Position numbers and translations under genes: made by a program. Below, one piece after another: positions 12,271 through 23,214 of a stretch of DNA of 49,903 nt (positions are counted from its first letter, which is position 1; every line of letters begins with the position of its first letter). Source of the DNA: Malacoraja senta (lineage: Eukaryota); assembly GCA_038087875.1 (NCBI GenBank), contig JAXLNO010000250.1, forward strand, positions 1 to 49,903, written 5' to 3'. The notes below the pieces were generated by a model that saw nothing but the letters and a program-made list of their open reading frames with translations, had not been told where the DNA came from and searched no databases.

Positions 12271-12335
12271 AAGGACAGGCAGCATCTCTGGAGAGAAGGA
12301 ATGGTGACGTTTTGGCTCGAGTCCCTTCTTCAGAC
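12271..12335 (-). mobile_element. Short Penelope-type interspersed repeat with degenerate hammerhead core (copy 2 at 37219-37283)
   Basis: Similar to 13358-13444 and 14827-14921. Minus strand reads CTGAAGAAGGGACTCGAGCCAAAACGTC. Confidence 0.55.
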
Positions 12336-12478
12336 CTCATCAAATGTTGACCCACTCATTCCTGGGATCATTCTTGTAAACCACCTCTGGATCCTCTCCA
12401 GAGCCAGCACATCCTTCCTCATTTATGGGGCCCACAAGTGCTCACAATATTCCAAATGTGGCCTGACCAGCGCCTTAC
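12336..12478 (-). mobile_element. CR1-clade LINE ORF2 fragment, inverted (copy 2 at 37284-37426)
   Basis: Minus translation KALVRPHLEYCEHLWAP*MRKDVLALERIQRWFTRMIPGM carries the conserved CR1 post-RT motif VRPHLEYC. Confidence 0.9.
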
Positions 12479-12945
12479 CAGGGACTGTCATATGCTGAGA
12501 GAACGGAGCGGCTGGGCTTGTACACTCTGGAGTTTAGAAGGATGAGAGGGAATCTCATTGAAACATATAAGATTATTAAGGGTTTGGACATGCTGGAGGC
12601 AGGAAACATGTTCCCGATGTTGGGGGAGTCCAGAACCAGGGGCCCACAGTTTAAGAATAAGGGGTAAGCTATTTAGAACGTAGACGAGGAAACACTTTTT
12701 CTCACAGAGAGTTGTGAGTCTGTGGAATTCTCTGCCTCAGAGGGCGGTGGAGGCTGGTTCTCTGGATGCTTTCAAGAGAGAGCTAGATAAGGCTCTTAAA
12801 GATAGCAGAGTCAGTGGATATGGGGAGAAGGCAGGAACGGGGTACTGATTGGGGATGATCAGCCATGATCACATTGAATGGAGGTGCTGGCTCGAAGGGC
12901 CGAATGGTCTACTCCTGCACCTATTGTCTATTGTTCTATGCTCTA
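12479..12945 (+). mobile_element. CR1-clade LINE 3' end (ORF2 C-terminus plus 3'UTR; copy 2 at 37427-37893)
   Basis: Translates as LGLYTLEFRRMRGNLIETYKIIKGLD...FFSQRVVSLWNSLPQRAVEA..., then a 3'UTR with GGGCCGAATGG and a (CTATTGT)-like tail. Confidence 0.92.
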
Positions 12946-12954
12946 TGTGCTAAA

Positions 12955-13335
12955 TGTATGAATGAATGAATGAATGAATAAGTTTATTGGCCAAGTATTC
13001 ACATTCAAGGAATTAGCCTTGGTGCTCCACCCACAAGTGACAACATGACACACAGTGACAGTTAAGAATGATACATAAAACATGAAGGTTCATTTATTGC
13101 CACAACACCAATTGGTGTAGTGAAATACAAGTTGCCATTGCAGCACATTAATAAGAATACAAACATAACATTGTAAAGAAATGTAACCTAAAACATAAAC
13201 ACATCCCCCCACAATGGTTCCCACTGTGAGGGAAGGCACAAAGTCCAGTCCCCATCCCCTTGTCCATCCAACGTCGGGCCTATCGAGGCCTCCGCAGTCC
13301 CCGCTACAAGGGGCCGATGTTTCAGGCCCTTATTA
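12955..13335 (-). mobile_element. Probable retroelement 3' tails, family unassigned (copy 2 at 37903-38283)
   Basis: (TGAA)n followed by TTTATTG, i.e. AATAAA plus an (ATTC)n tail on the minus strand, with a second TTTATTG near 13093. No coding motif recognised. Confidence 0.4.
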
Positions 13336-13357
13336 TTAAACATTAATAATAAAATAT

Positions 13358-13444
13358 TAGGTGGACAAAAATGCTGGAGAAACTCAGCGGGTGCAGCAGC
13401 ATCTATGGAGCGAAGGAAATAGGCAACGAAACCCTTCTTCAGAC
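13358..13444 (-). mobile_element. Short Penelope-type interspersed repeat, internally deleted (copy 2 at 38306-38392)
   Basis: ACAAAAATGCTGGAGAAACTCAGCGGGTG...GCAGCATCTATGGAGC is shared with 14827-14921, but ~10 nt of the core is missing. Confidence 0.55.
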
Positions 13445-13510
13445 ACAATAAAACATTATTGATTAAACATGTAAGAGGTGGCCACACACTAACGTGGTTT
13501 ATTCTCCCCT

Positions 13511-14080
13511 TTACTTTTGTTATTTTTATTTTGTTTATTTATTAGAAGCAGTGTACAAAAATATAACCAGCGGCATATGACACAATACACTTATTGTACA
13601 GCTTCAATTTTAATTTGTAGCTAAAGATGAGGGAAAAAGCAAGAGAGAGAGAAAGTGGAATGTGCAAGACTAGAACCCCTAGACGGCCACATTGGTGGAG
13701 ACAAAGAGTGAGGACGGAAAAGAAATAAGAAAAACGTAGAGAAAGAAACAGACAAAACCAGAAAGAAAAACCACAAGTGATGATCTACCTGCCTCGTATC
13801 CCTCCCTCCCCACCCATCACCCAACCCATAATTAGATTTAACTCCACAGTTGTGTTGCCCCATACTATCCTTGTAATGAATCAATGAATGGTGTCCATGG
13901 CTTCGGGAAATGCTCTGGTTTTTCCTGCTAAGACAAGTCTCATAGTTTCCAGATGTAGCGTCTCAGACATGTTTGTAATCCACATTTTAAGAGCAGGGAC
14001 AGATGTGTGTTTCCAAAATATGAGTATGAGTTTTCTGGCCGTTATCGGACCATAATTGAGGGAACGTCTTTGAAATTGTT
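13511..14080 (-). mobile_element. L1-clade LINE 3' fragment (copy 2 at 38459-39028)
   Basis: Minus translation ITARKLILIFWKHTSVPALKMWITNMSETLHLETMRL...WTPFI resembles the ORF2 C-terminus of fish and amphibian L1. It is followed by a T-rich 3'UTR, AATAAA and an A-rich tail near 13515-13545. Confidence 0.75.
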
Positions 14081-14138
14081 TTTTAATTTAAATTGTTTTA
14101 ATGTTTTTATTTTATAAGTACAGTAATGTGGCAGCATC

Positions 14139-14345
14139 CGGCGCACCTGGGACGGGAGGCCCCTGACCATGGCGGCGACCTTCGAGGACTGCTTGTACGC
14201 CCTCTCGGTGGTGGACACCATCAAGAAGTCCAACGAGACGGGCGAGTGGCAGAACATCGTGGTCATGACGGAAGAGCCCGAGATCAGCCCGGCTTATCTG
14301 ATCAGTGAGGCAATGCGTGGAAGTCGAATGTCCCTCCTGTACTGA
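14139..14345 (+). pseudogene. GFOD1: 5'-truncated fragment of GFOD1 (glucose-fructose oxidoreductase domain-containing 1), C-terminal 68 codons plus stop
   Basis: Manual translation gives [68 protein letters not shown], which closely matches the vertebrate GFOD1 C-terminus as I recall it. Third codon positions are GC-rich. An in-frame TAA lies at 14124-14126 and the rest of the gene is absent. Confidence 0.9.
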
Positions 14346-14400
14346 CAACCTCCACAGCAAGTCGTCTCAGCCAGGGTGCAAAGCAAACCTTTCAATGAGC

Positions 14401-14815
14401 GTAGAGTCATAGAGACACAAGGTGGAAACAGGCCCTTCGGCCCAACTTACCCACACACGGCCAACATGCCCCAGCTACACTAGTCCCACTTGTCTGCGCT
14501 TGGCCCATATCCCTCCAAACCTGTGCAAATGTCTTTTAAATATTGTAGTACCTGCCTCAACTACCTCCTGCAGCAGCAGCCTATTCCATCTACTCACCAC
14601 CCTCTGTGTGAAACAGTCGCCCCTCGGGTTCCTATTAAACCTTTCCCCTCTCACCTTAAACCTAAGTCCCTGTTTCCTGATTCGGCCCCACTCCACCATT
14701 CAATCACGGCTGATCTATCTCTCCCTCTCGACCCCGTTCTCCTGCCTTCGACTCCTAACCCCTGACACCCGTGCTAATCAACAACCTGTCAACCCCTGCC
14801 TTACAAAATATCCTT
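14401..14815 (-). mobile_element. Two adjacent CR1-clade LINE 3' fragments (copy 2 at 39349-39763)
   Basis: ORF 14475..14699 gives FKVRGERFNRNPRGDCFTQRVVSRWNRL, a CR1 ORF2 C-terminus. The 3' tail GGGCCGAAGGGCCTGTTTCC is on the minus strand. Confidence 0.88.
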
Positions 14816-14826
14816 CAAAGGTTCCT

Positions 14827-14921
14827 AGGTAGACAAAAATGCTGGAGAAACTCAGCGGGTGAGGCAGCATCTATGGAGCCAAGGAAACAGGCAACGTTTC
14901 GGGCCAAAAACCTTCTTCAGG
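14827..14921 (-). mobile_element. Short Penelope-type interspersed repeat with hammerhead-like core (copy 2 at 39775-39869)
   Basis: Minus strand reads CTGAAGA-AGGTTTTTGGCCC-GAAAC-GTT, matching the CUGANGA / stem II / GAAA core. Confidence 0.6.
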
Positions 14922-15076
14922 TTCCTTAAAAAGTTTCTTGTTATTCCATTTTAGTGAGTTGCTTATCGAAGAATGTAAGCGTCAGTGAGGCAAAGGGAGG
15001 CAGGCAGTTGCAGTGACTGGAACCGTGACAACTGAAAGGTGTAGCTTCCAAAGATAGTTGAGAGAGAGAGAGAGAG

Positions 15077-15435
15077 TCAATAGACAATAGGTGCAGGAGT
15101 AGGCCGTTCGGCCCTTCGAGCCAGCACCGCCATTCAATGTGATCATGGCTGATCATCCCCAATCAGTACCCCGTTCCTGCCTTCTCCCCATATCCCCTGA
15201 CTCCACTATCTTTAAGAGCCCTATCTAGCTCTCTCTTGAAAGTATCCAGAGAACCGGCCTCCGCCGCCCTCTGAGGCAGAGAATTCCACAGACTCACAAC
15301 TCTCTGTGAGAAAAAGTGCTTCCTCGTCTCCATTCAATGGTGGCTGATTTCTCTCTCCCTCCTAACCCCATTCTCCTGCCTTCTTCCCATGACCTCTGAC
15401 ACCCGTACTAATCAAGAATCTATCCATCTCTGCTC
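15077..15435 (-). mobile_element. CR1-clade LINE 3' fragments (copy 2 at 40025-40383)
   Basis: Reverse complement of the same subfamily seen at 12690-12935, plus a second short 3' piece at ~15330-15435. Confidence 0.9.
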
Positions 15436-15446
15436 TATAAATTATA

Positions 15447-15557
15447 AATTGTCCCTAGTGCGTGTAGAATATCGCTAGCGTGCGGGGATCGCTGGTTGGC
15501 GTGGACTCGGGGGGCCGAAGGGCCTGTTTCCGTGCTGTATCTGTAAACTAAACTAAA
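15447..15557 (+). mobile_element. SINE 3' half with CR1-derived tail (HE1-like; copy 2 at 40395-40505)
   Basis: AAATTGTCCCTAGTG...GGGCCGAAGGGCCTGTTTCCGTGCTGTATCT followed by a (CTAAA)n tail. Confidence 0.7.
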
Positions 15558-16433
15558 TAATGCCTGTATCCCATAAAACAGTTGCTGGCTGTGAATGAAA
15601 AAGCTCCCACTCAAAACAGCGCTCTGCGTTTCTTTGTGAAATTAGATATTATTAATGATGAGATGAAAATTAATATTCATGATGAAATGTGTTGATTTAA
15701 TGTGGGGGGGGGGGGGGTTTGAAACACGATATTGTCTGTACAGAGGATACATGTATGTGAAATCTTTGTATTATTTATAGTATTCTTAGCATGAATATCT
15801 GTATATATGCAGCGAAAAATATTTATCAAGGGTATGAAAAAAGATCTAGTACCAGAGACGGTACAAAATGTATATTTTATTTATGAATGATAGGACAGAA
15901 CATACTTAGTTTGTTAAAATGCTTTTTATTTAAAATGTGTATAAAGCAACAAGTCTCAGTACTGTGAAGGGATTTGAAGATTCTGTTTTGTTAGTTGAGC
16001 TTAATTCTGTGTGTGTCTCGACTTGTTAGCTAACGGTTTGCGGGGGGTTTTGTTTGTTAAGCTAAATAAATGTTGGTCTTTTTGTCCGCGCTGTCTCGTA
16101 TGTGAAGCTAGTAATATGTAAAGCACTCGGTATTCACTGGTACCATATCCTGTTGTGTGCAATTTGTCCTGGACCAAGCGCAGGCTGGGCCATGGTTTCA
16201 CCGAACACCTCCGCTCATGAGACTCATTAGGCAACATGTATACAATCCACCTCCAGTTTAAATTCCATTTGGATTATTTTGGAGGACGATGGGACCAAGA
16301 AACCACATGTATACCCTTTAAACTATTGTCTGTTGTATTAAATATTCCTTTATTGAAATGAAAACATGAAGCATTAATGGGGATATTTTGCGTAATCGTT
16401 GACAATGTTAAAACAATGTTTTCCTCTGATAAA

Positions 16434-16446
16434 AATAAAAATTAAA
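16434..16446 (+). terminator. Candidate polyadenylation signals AATAAA and ATTAAA ending a GFOD1 3'UTR-like region (copy 2 at 41382-41394)
   Basis: Tandem hexamers end an AT-rich non-repetitive stretch (15560-16460) and are followed by T/GT-rich sequence. Confidence 0.35.
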
Positions 16447-16486
16447 AGAACTTTTATTTGAAGGAAATGGATGTGGTGCTTTTCCC

Positions 16487-16536
16487 AGGGTGGCAGCGTG
16501 GCACAGCGGTAGAATTGCTGCCTCACAGCGCTAGAG
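16487..16536 (+). mobile_element. tRNA-derived SINE 5' head, truncated (copy 2 at 41435-41484)
   Basis: GTGGCACAGCGGTAGAATTGCTGCCTCACAGCGC contains a Pol III A-box. The B-box is missing where a CR1 begins. Confidence 0.7.
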
Positions 16537-16836
16537 ACAAGAGACAATAGGTGCCGGAGTAGGCCATTTGGCCCTTCGAGCCAGCACCTCCATTTAATGT
16601 GATCATGGCTGATCATCCCCAATCAGTATCCCCGTTCCTGCCTTCTCCCCATATCCCCTGACTCCGCTATCTTTAAGAGCCCTATCTAGCTCTCTCTTGA
16701 AAGCATCCAGAGAACCGGCCTCCACCGCCCTCTGAGGCAGAGAATTCCACAGACTCACCACTCTCTGTGAGAAAAAGTGTTTCATCTCCATTCTAAATGG
16801 CTTACTCCTTATTCTTAAACTGTGGCCCCTGGTTCT
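16537..16836 (-). mobile_element. CR1-clade LINE 3' fragment (copy 2 at 41485-41784)
   Basis: ORF 16603..16920 gives RTRGHSLRIRSKPFRMEMKHFFSQRVVSLWNSLPQRAVEAGSLDAFKRELDRAL. Confidence 0.92.
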
Positions 16837-17164
16837 AGCCCCCCAGCTGCCACCCACCCTTGTGTGTGCTGATCCTAATATCCCAGAGAATTTACCAATA
16901 TTTCCCCCCCCCCAAAACATATATATTTGGGGATGTCCATTCGGCCCATCATACTAGCCTGACCTGGAGATGAAACTTCGGCCCAGCAGGCCTGTACTAC
17001 CCCCCCCCAGCCACCACCCACCCCTCTGTGTGTGATGTTGACCAGAATATTACAAAATTAATTCTACTCAGTTTTTTTTAAGTGGCCCCTCCCTGAGGCT
17101 CATCCGGCCTCAGTGTGTGTGATGGTGGTGATAATAATCATAAGAGTCATTTGAATCATTGCCT

Positions 17165-17180
17165 TTTATTTCATTTTAAT
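17165..17180 (-). terminator. Candidate polyadenylation signals ATTAAA and AATAAA on the minus strand (copy 2 at 42113-42128)
   Basis: Plus strand has TTTATT at 17165-17170 and TTTAAT at 17175-17180, about 360 nt beyond a strong minus-strand acceptor (tttgttttgcttttatttcccgcag). Confidence 0.4.
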
Positions 17181-17593
17181 AACATTGTAAGTGGCCGGTA
17201 ATGTCACTTTAAGAGCAAGCGCAAAAGCAAAACTCCTGTTTTCCCCTCAGAGACAGACAGCAGCAAACAAGCAGCAGCAGCAGCTCAGCCTGGTCCTTCA
17301 TTCATTCTTCATTGTTGAGATCTACAAACAATATATATAAGAAACAGGAAACTTACAGCACATTATAGTGACCAGTTATGGCATTTCTCGCATGTGCTCA
17401 GCCAGTCTGTGTCCGTGTCCGTGCCCGCAGCAGCAGCAGCTTCAACTTCACCTTCACCTTCACACAGACACAGACACAGACACAGACACAGACACAAGGG
17501 GGGGCGGCGGGGACCGCGCTCACATCTCTCTCATCTGCGGGAAATAAAAGCAAAACAAATCTTTTTTTTTGCTTTCTTTTTGGATAGATATTG

Positions 17594-17811
17594 GATCCAC
17601 GATCGGGTATCCAAGCTCCTTTATTCCTCCTTCCTCCATTCGAGATCTGTAGACAATTAAAAATTGGAAGATTTGTCACCAAAAAGTGGGGGGAAAAGGC
17701 CAAAATGCTCTCTCTCTCTCTCTCTCTCTGTGCCAATTTGTACTTTCATCCTCTGTAAGTATTAAACTTTGCTGAACTCAGCACAGTATGTTTTTCCCCC
17801 TTCAATGCCTG

Positions 17812-17850
<39 letters not shown>

Positions 17851-18801
17851 GTCTGTAGGTTCCAGGTCAGAGAGACGTTGCTGTGTGATGTGTGGAGAAA
17901 ATGTGAACAATGTTCAAATCTCAACAATCTCCCCTTTCCCTCCCTCCCTCCCTCACACACACACACACACACACACACACCTGTTTTGAGCAGTATTTCT
18001 CCATCTGTATCTATCCATCTCTCGATCGATCAATCAATCAATCAATCTTTGATTAATATATATTACAATAATATAATAGATATCTTTTTGGATAGATATT
18101 GGGATATTTCACTCCCCTGGCTACCACTGTAGCCTCTCTCTACCCTCTCTCTACTCTCTCTCTCTCACTCACCACACCTTCAGAGTCCACCTGCACAACC
18201 TTTGTCCGTCTGAGGAGGAGGAGAAGAGTGTTTGGACTTCAAAACGGGGTTTGCTGTGAGATTTGGTCAAATGGGAAAAGCTCTCTGGGACAGAGAGACA
18301 GACAGACAGACAGGCTCCGACAGATGCCTGGGAATCTGGAAGTTAGATGCAATTTGCATGCAGAGAATGGGAAGCCTTGCAAATACTGTCAAATGCATAG
18401 AACGGATTGGATGTGTGCAAAAAGCTGGACATTCACCTTGTAAATAGGTTGAAAGTAATGTTGCAGAGTGTGACTCTGCTAAGTGTTAATTGGATGGGGC
18501 GGTTGAGCCTTGTGTGTGGGTTCTGTTCATCAGGGTAAATGTTTCCAAATCGACTTGCTCTTCGAGTCGCTTGTGAATAGGATGAAATTGAATTGTTGTT
18601 TCACTGGGTTAGGGAAATGCATGTTATGTATGGGGTTAATGGCTATTGGACTTCAAAACGGGTTTTGCTGTGAGATTTGGTCAAATTGGAAAAGCTCTGT
18701 GGGACAGACAGACAGACAGACAGGCTGGTTCGGCCCTCGATTTCAAGGGGCATATCAAAGTCCCTGGTCACTAGGCTCAGGGTGTGTGTGTGTGTGTGTG
18801 T

Positions 18802-18868
<67 letters not shown>

Positions 18869-18873
18869 GGGTG

Positions 18874-18928
<55 letters not shown>

Positions 18929-19379
18929 GGACACATTCCCCACCCTGTTTAGGACTGTGTGTGTGTGTGTGTGTGACTGTGTGTTTTCACTCACCACACC
19001 GGAATGCTCCCTTCATTGCCTGTCTGCCTGTGAGAGAGATCCACGATCGGGTATCCAAGCTCCTTTATTCCTCCTTCCTCCATTCGAGATCTGTAGACAA
19101 TTAGAAATTGGAAGATTTGTCACCAAAAAGTGGGGGGAAAAGGCCAAAATGCTCTCTCTCTCTCTCTCTGTGCCAATTTGTACTTTCATCCCCTGTAAGT
19201 ATTAAACTTTGCTGAACTCAGCACAGTATGTTTTTCCCCCTTCAATGCCTGCCTCTCTCTCTCTCTCTCTCTCTCCCTGTCTGTAGGTTCCAGGTCAGAG
19301 AGACGTTGCTGTGTGATGTGTGGAGAAAATGTGAACAATGTTCAAATCTCAACACTCTCCCCTTTCCCTCCCTCCCTCC

Positions 19380-19410
<31 letters not shown>

Positions 19411-20235
19411 CTGTTTTGAGCAGTATTTCTCCATCTGTATCTATCTATCTCTCGATCGATCAATCAATCAATCAATCTTTGATTAATATATATTACAATA
19501 ATATAATAGATATCTTTTTGGATAGATATTGGGATATTTCACTCCCCTGGCTACCACTGTAGCCTCTCTCTACCCTCTCTCTACTCTCTCTCTCACTCAC
19601 CACACCTTCAGAGTCCACCTGCACAACCTTTGTCCGTCTGAGGAGGAGGAGAAGAGTGTTTGGACTTCAAAACGGGGTTTGCTGTGAGATTTGGTCAAAT
19701 GGGAAAAGCTCTCTGGGACAGAGAGACAGACAGACAGACAGGCTCCGACAGATGCCTGGGAATCTGGAAGTTAGATGCAATTTGCATGCAGAGAATGGGA
19801 AGCCTTGCAAATACTGTCAAATGCATAGAACGGATTGGATGTGTGCAAAAAAGCTGGACATTCACCTTGTAAATAGGTTGAAAGTAATGTTGCAGAGTGT
19901 GACTCTGCTAAGTGTTAATTGGATGGGTGCGGTTGAGCCTTGTGTGTGGGTTCTGTTCATCAGGGTAAATGTTTCCAAGTGGACTTGCTCTTCGAGACGG
20001 TTGTGAATAATACGATGAAATTGAACTGTTGTTTCACTGGGTTAGGGAAATGCATGTTATGTATGGGGTTTAATGGCTATTGGACTTCAAAACGGGTTTT
20101 GCTGTGAGATTTGGTCAAATTGGAAAAGCTCTGTGGGACAGACAGACAGACAGACAGACAGGCTGGTTCGGCCCTCGATTTCAAGGGGCATATCAAAGTC
20201 CCTGGTCACTAGTCTCAGGGTGTGTGTGTGTGTGT

Positions 20236-20309
<74 letters not shown>

Positions 20310-20317
20310 TTAGGGTG

Positions 20318-20368
<51 letters not shown>

Positions 20369-20812
20369 GCACACTTTCCCCACCCTGTTTAGGACTGTGT
20401 GTGTGTGTGTGTGACTGTGTGTTTTCACTCACCACACCGGAATGCTCCCTTCATTGCCTGTCTGCCTGTGAGAGAGATCCACGATCGGGTATCCAAGCTC
20501 CTTTATTCCTCCTTCCTCCATTCGAGATCTGTAGACAATTAAAAATTGGAAGATTTGTCACCAAAAAGTGGGGGGAAAAGGCCAAAATGCTCTCTCTCTC
20601 TCTGTGCCAATTTGTACTTTCATCCTCTGTAAGTATTAAACTTTGCTGAACTCAGCACAGTATGTTTTTCCCCCTTCAATGCCTGCCTCTCTCTCTCTCT
20701 CTCTCTCTCCCTGTCTGTAGGTCCAGGTCAGAGAGACGTTGCTGTGTGATGTGTGGAGAAAATGTGAACAATGTTCAAATCTCAACACTCTCCCCTTTCC
20801 CTCCCTCCCTCC

Positions 20813-20843
<31 letters not shown>

Positions 20844-21681
20844 CTGTTTTGAGCAGTATTTCTCCATCTGTATCTATCTATCTCTCGATCGATCAATCGA
20901 TCAATCAATCAATCAATCTTTGATTAATATATATTACAATAATATAATAGATATCTTTTTGGATAGATATTGGGATATTTCACTCCCCTGGCTACCACTG
21001 TAGCCTCTCTCTACCCTCTCTCTACTCTCTCTCTCTCTCTCACTCACCACACCTTCAGAGTCCACCTGCACAACCTTTGTCCGTCTGAGGAGGAGGAGAA
21101 GAGTGTTTGGACTTCAAAACGGGGTTTGCTGTGAGATTTGGTCAAATGGGAAAAGCTCTCTGGGACAGAGAGACAGACAGACAGACAGGCTCCGACAGAT
21201 GCCTAGGAATCTGGAAGTTAGATGCAATTTGCATGCAGAGAATGGGAAGCCTTGCAAATACTGAATAATGCATAGAACGGATTGGATGTGTGCAAAAAGC
21301 TGGACATTCACCTTGTAAATAGGTTGAAAGTAATGTTGCAGAGTGTGACTCTGCTAAGTGTTAATTGGATGGGGCGGTTGAGCCTTGTGTGTGGGTTCTG
21401 TTCATCAGGGTAAATGTTTCCAAGTGGACTTGCTCTTCGAGTCGCTTGTGAATAGGATGAAATTGAATTGTTGTATCGTTGGGTCAGGGAAATGCATGTT
21501 ATGTATGGGGTTAATGGCTATTGGACTTCAAAACGGGTTTTGCTGTGAGATTTGGTCAAATTGGAAAAGCTCTGTGGGACAGACAGACAGACAGACAGGC
21601 TGGTTCGGCCCTCGATTTCAAGGGGCATATCAAAGTCCCTGGTCACTAGGCTCAGGGTGTGTGTGTGTGTGTGTGTGTGAC

Positions 21682-21739
<58 letters not shown>

Positions 21740-21744
21740 GGGTG

Positions 21745-21799
<55 letters not shown>

Positions 21800-22247
21800 G
21801 CACACATTCCCCACCCTGTTTAGGACTGTGTGTGTGTGTGTGTGACTGTGTGTTTTCACTCACCACACCGGAATGCTCCCTTCATTGCCTGTCTGCCTGT
21901 GAGAGAGATCCACGATCGGGTATCCAAGCTCCTTTATTCCTCCTTCCTCCATTCGAGATCTGTAGACAATTAAAAATTGGAAGATTTGTCACCAAAAAGT
22001 GGGGGGAAAAGGCCAAAATGCTCTCTCTCTCTCTCTCTCTGTGCCAATTTGTACTTTCATCCTCTGTAAGTATTAAACTTTGCTGAACTCAGCACAGTAT
22101 GTTTTTCCCCCTTCAATGCCTGCCTCTCTCTCCCTCTCTCTCTCTCTCTCCCTGTCTGTAGGTCCAGGTCAGAGAGACGTTGCTGTGTGATGTGTGGAGA
22201 AAATGTGAACAATGTTCAAATCTCAACTCTCCCCTTTCCCTCCATCC

Positions 22248-22284
<37 letters not shown>

Positions 22285-23110
22285 GTTTTGAGCAGTATTT
22301 CTCCATCTGTATCTATCTATCTCTCGATCGATCAATCAATCAATCAATCTTTGATTAATATATATTACAATAATATAATAGATATCTTTTTGGATAGATA
22401 TTGGGATATTTCACTCCCCTGGCTACCACTGTAGCCTCTCTCTACCCTCTCTCTACTCTCTCTCTCACTCACCACACCTTCAGAGTCCACCTGCACAACC
22501 TTTGTCCGTCTGAGGAGGAGGAGAAGAGTGTTTGGACTTCAAAACGGGGTTTGCTGTGAGATTTGGTCAAATGGGAAAAGCTCTCTGGGACAGAGAGACA
22601 GACAGACAGACAGGCTCCGACAGATGCCTGGGAATCTGGAAGTTAGATGCAATTTGCATGCAGAGAATGGGAAGCCTTGCAAATACTGTCAAATGCATAG
22701 AACGGATTGGATGTGTGCAAAAAGCTGGACATTCACCTTGTAAATAGGTTGAAAGTAATGTTGCAGAGTGTGACTCTGCTAAGTGTTAATTGGATGGGTG
22801 CGGTTGAGCCTTGTGTGTGGGTTCTGTTCATCAGGGTAAATGTTTCCAAATCGACTTGCTCTTCGAGACGCTTGTGAATAGGATGAAATTGAATTGTTGT
22901 TTCACTGGGTTAGGGAAATGCATGTTATGTATGGGGTTTAATGGCTATTGGACTTCAAAACGGGTTTTGCTGTGAGATTTGGTCAAATTGGAAAAGCTCT
23001 GTGGGACAGACAGACAGACAGACAGGCTGGTTCGGCCCTCGATTTCAAGGGGCATATCAAAGTCCCTGGTCACTAGGCTCAGGGTGTGTGTGTGTGTGTG
23101 TGTGTGTGAC

Positions 23111-23164
<54 letters not shown>

Positions 23165-23169
23165 GGGTG

Positions 23170-23214
<45 letters not shown>

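Larger units (their letters stand above)
10937..17593. repeat. ~6.66-kb spacer of the ~24.95-kb macro-repeat, copy 1
   Basis: Repeated at offset 24948 (ORFs 11115/36063, 14126/39074 and 17378/42326 are identical). The only difference I noticed is a 2-bp (CA)n length change. Confidence 0.98.

Noticed and set aside
14042..14360. Listed ORFs 14042..14266(-), 14112..14360(-) and 14126..14308(+)
   Set aside because: These are shadow frames of the GC-rich GFOD1 fragment; the meaningful frame is 14139-14345(+).
17322..17356. Minus-strand GTAAGT...TAG mini-intron in the terminal region
   Set aside because: At 35 nt it is below the usual vertebrate minimum intron size, so the region is treated as one terminal exon.
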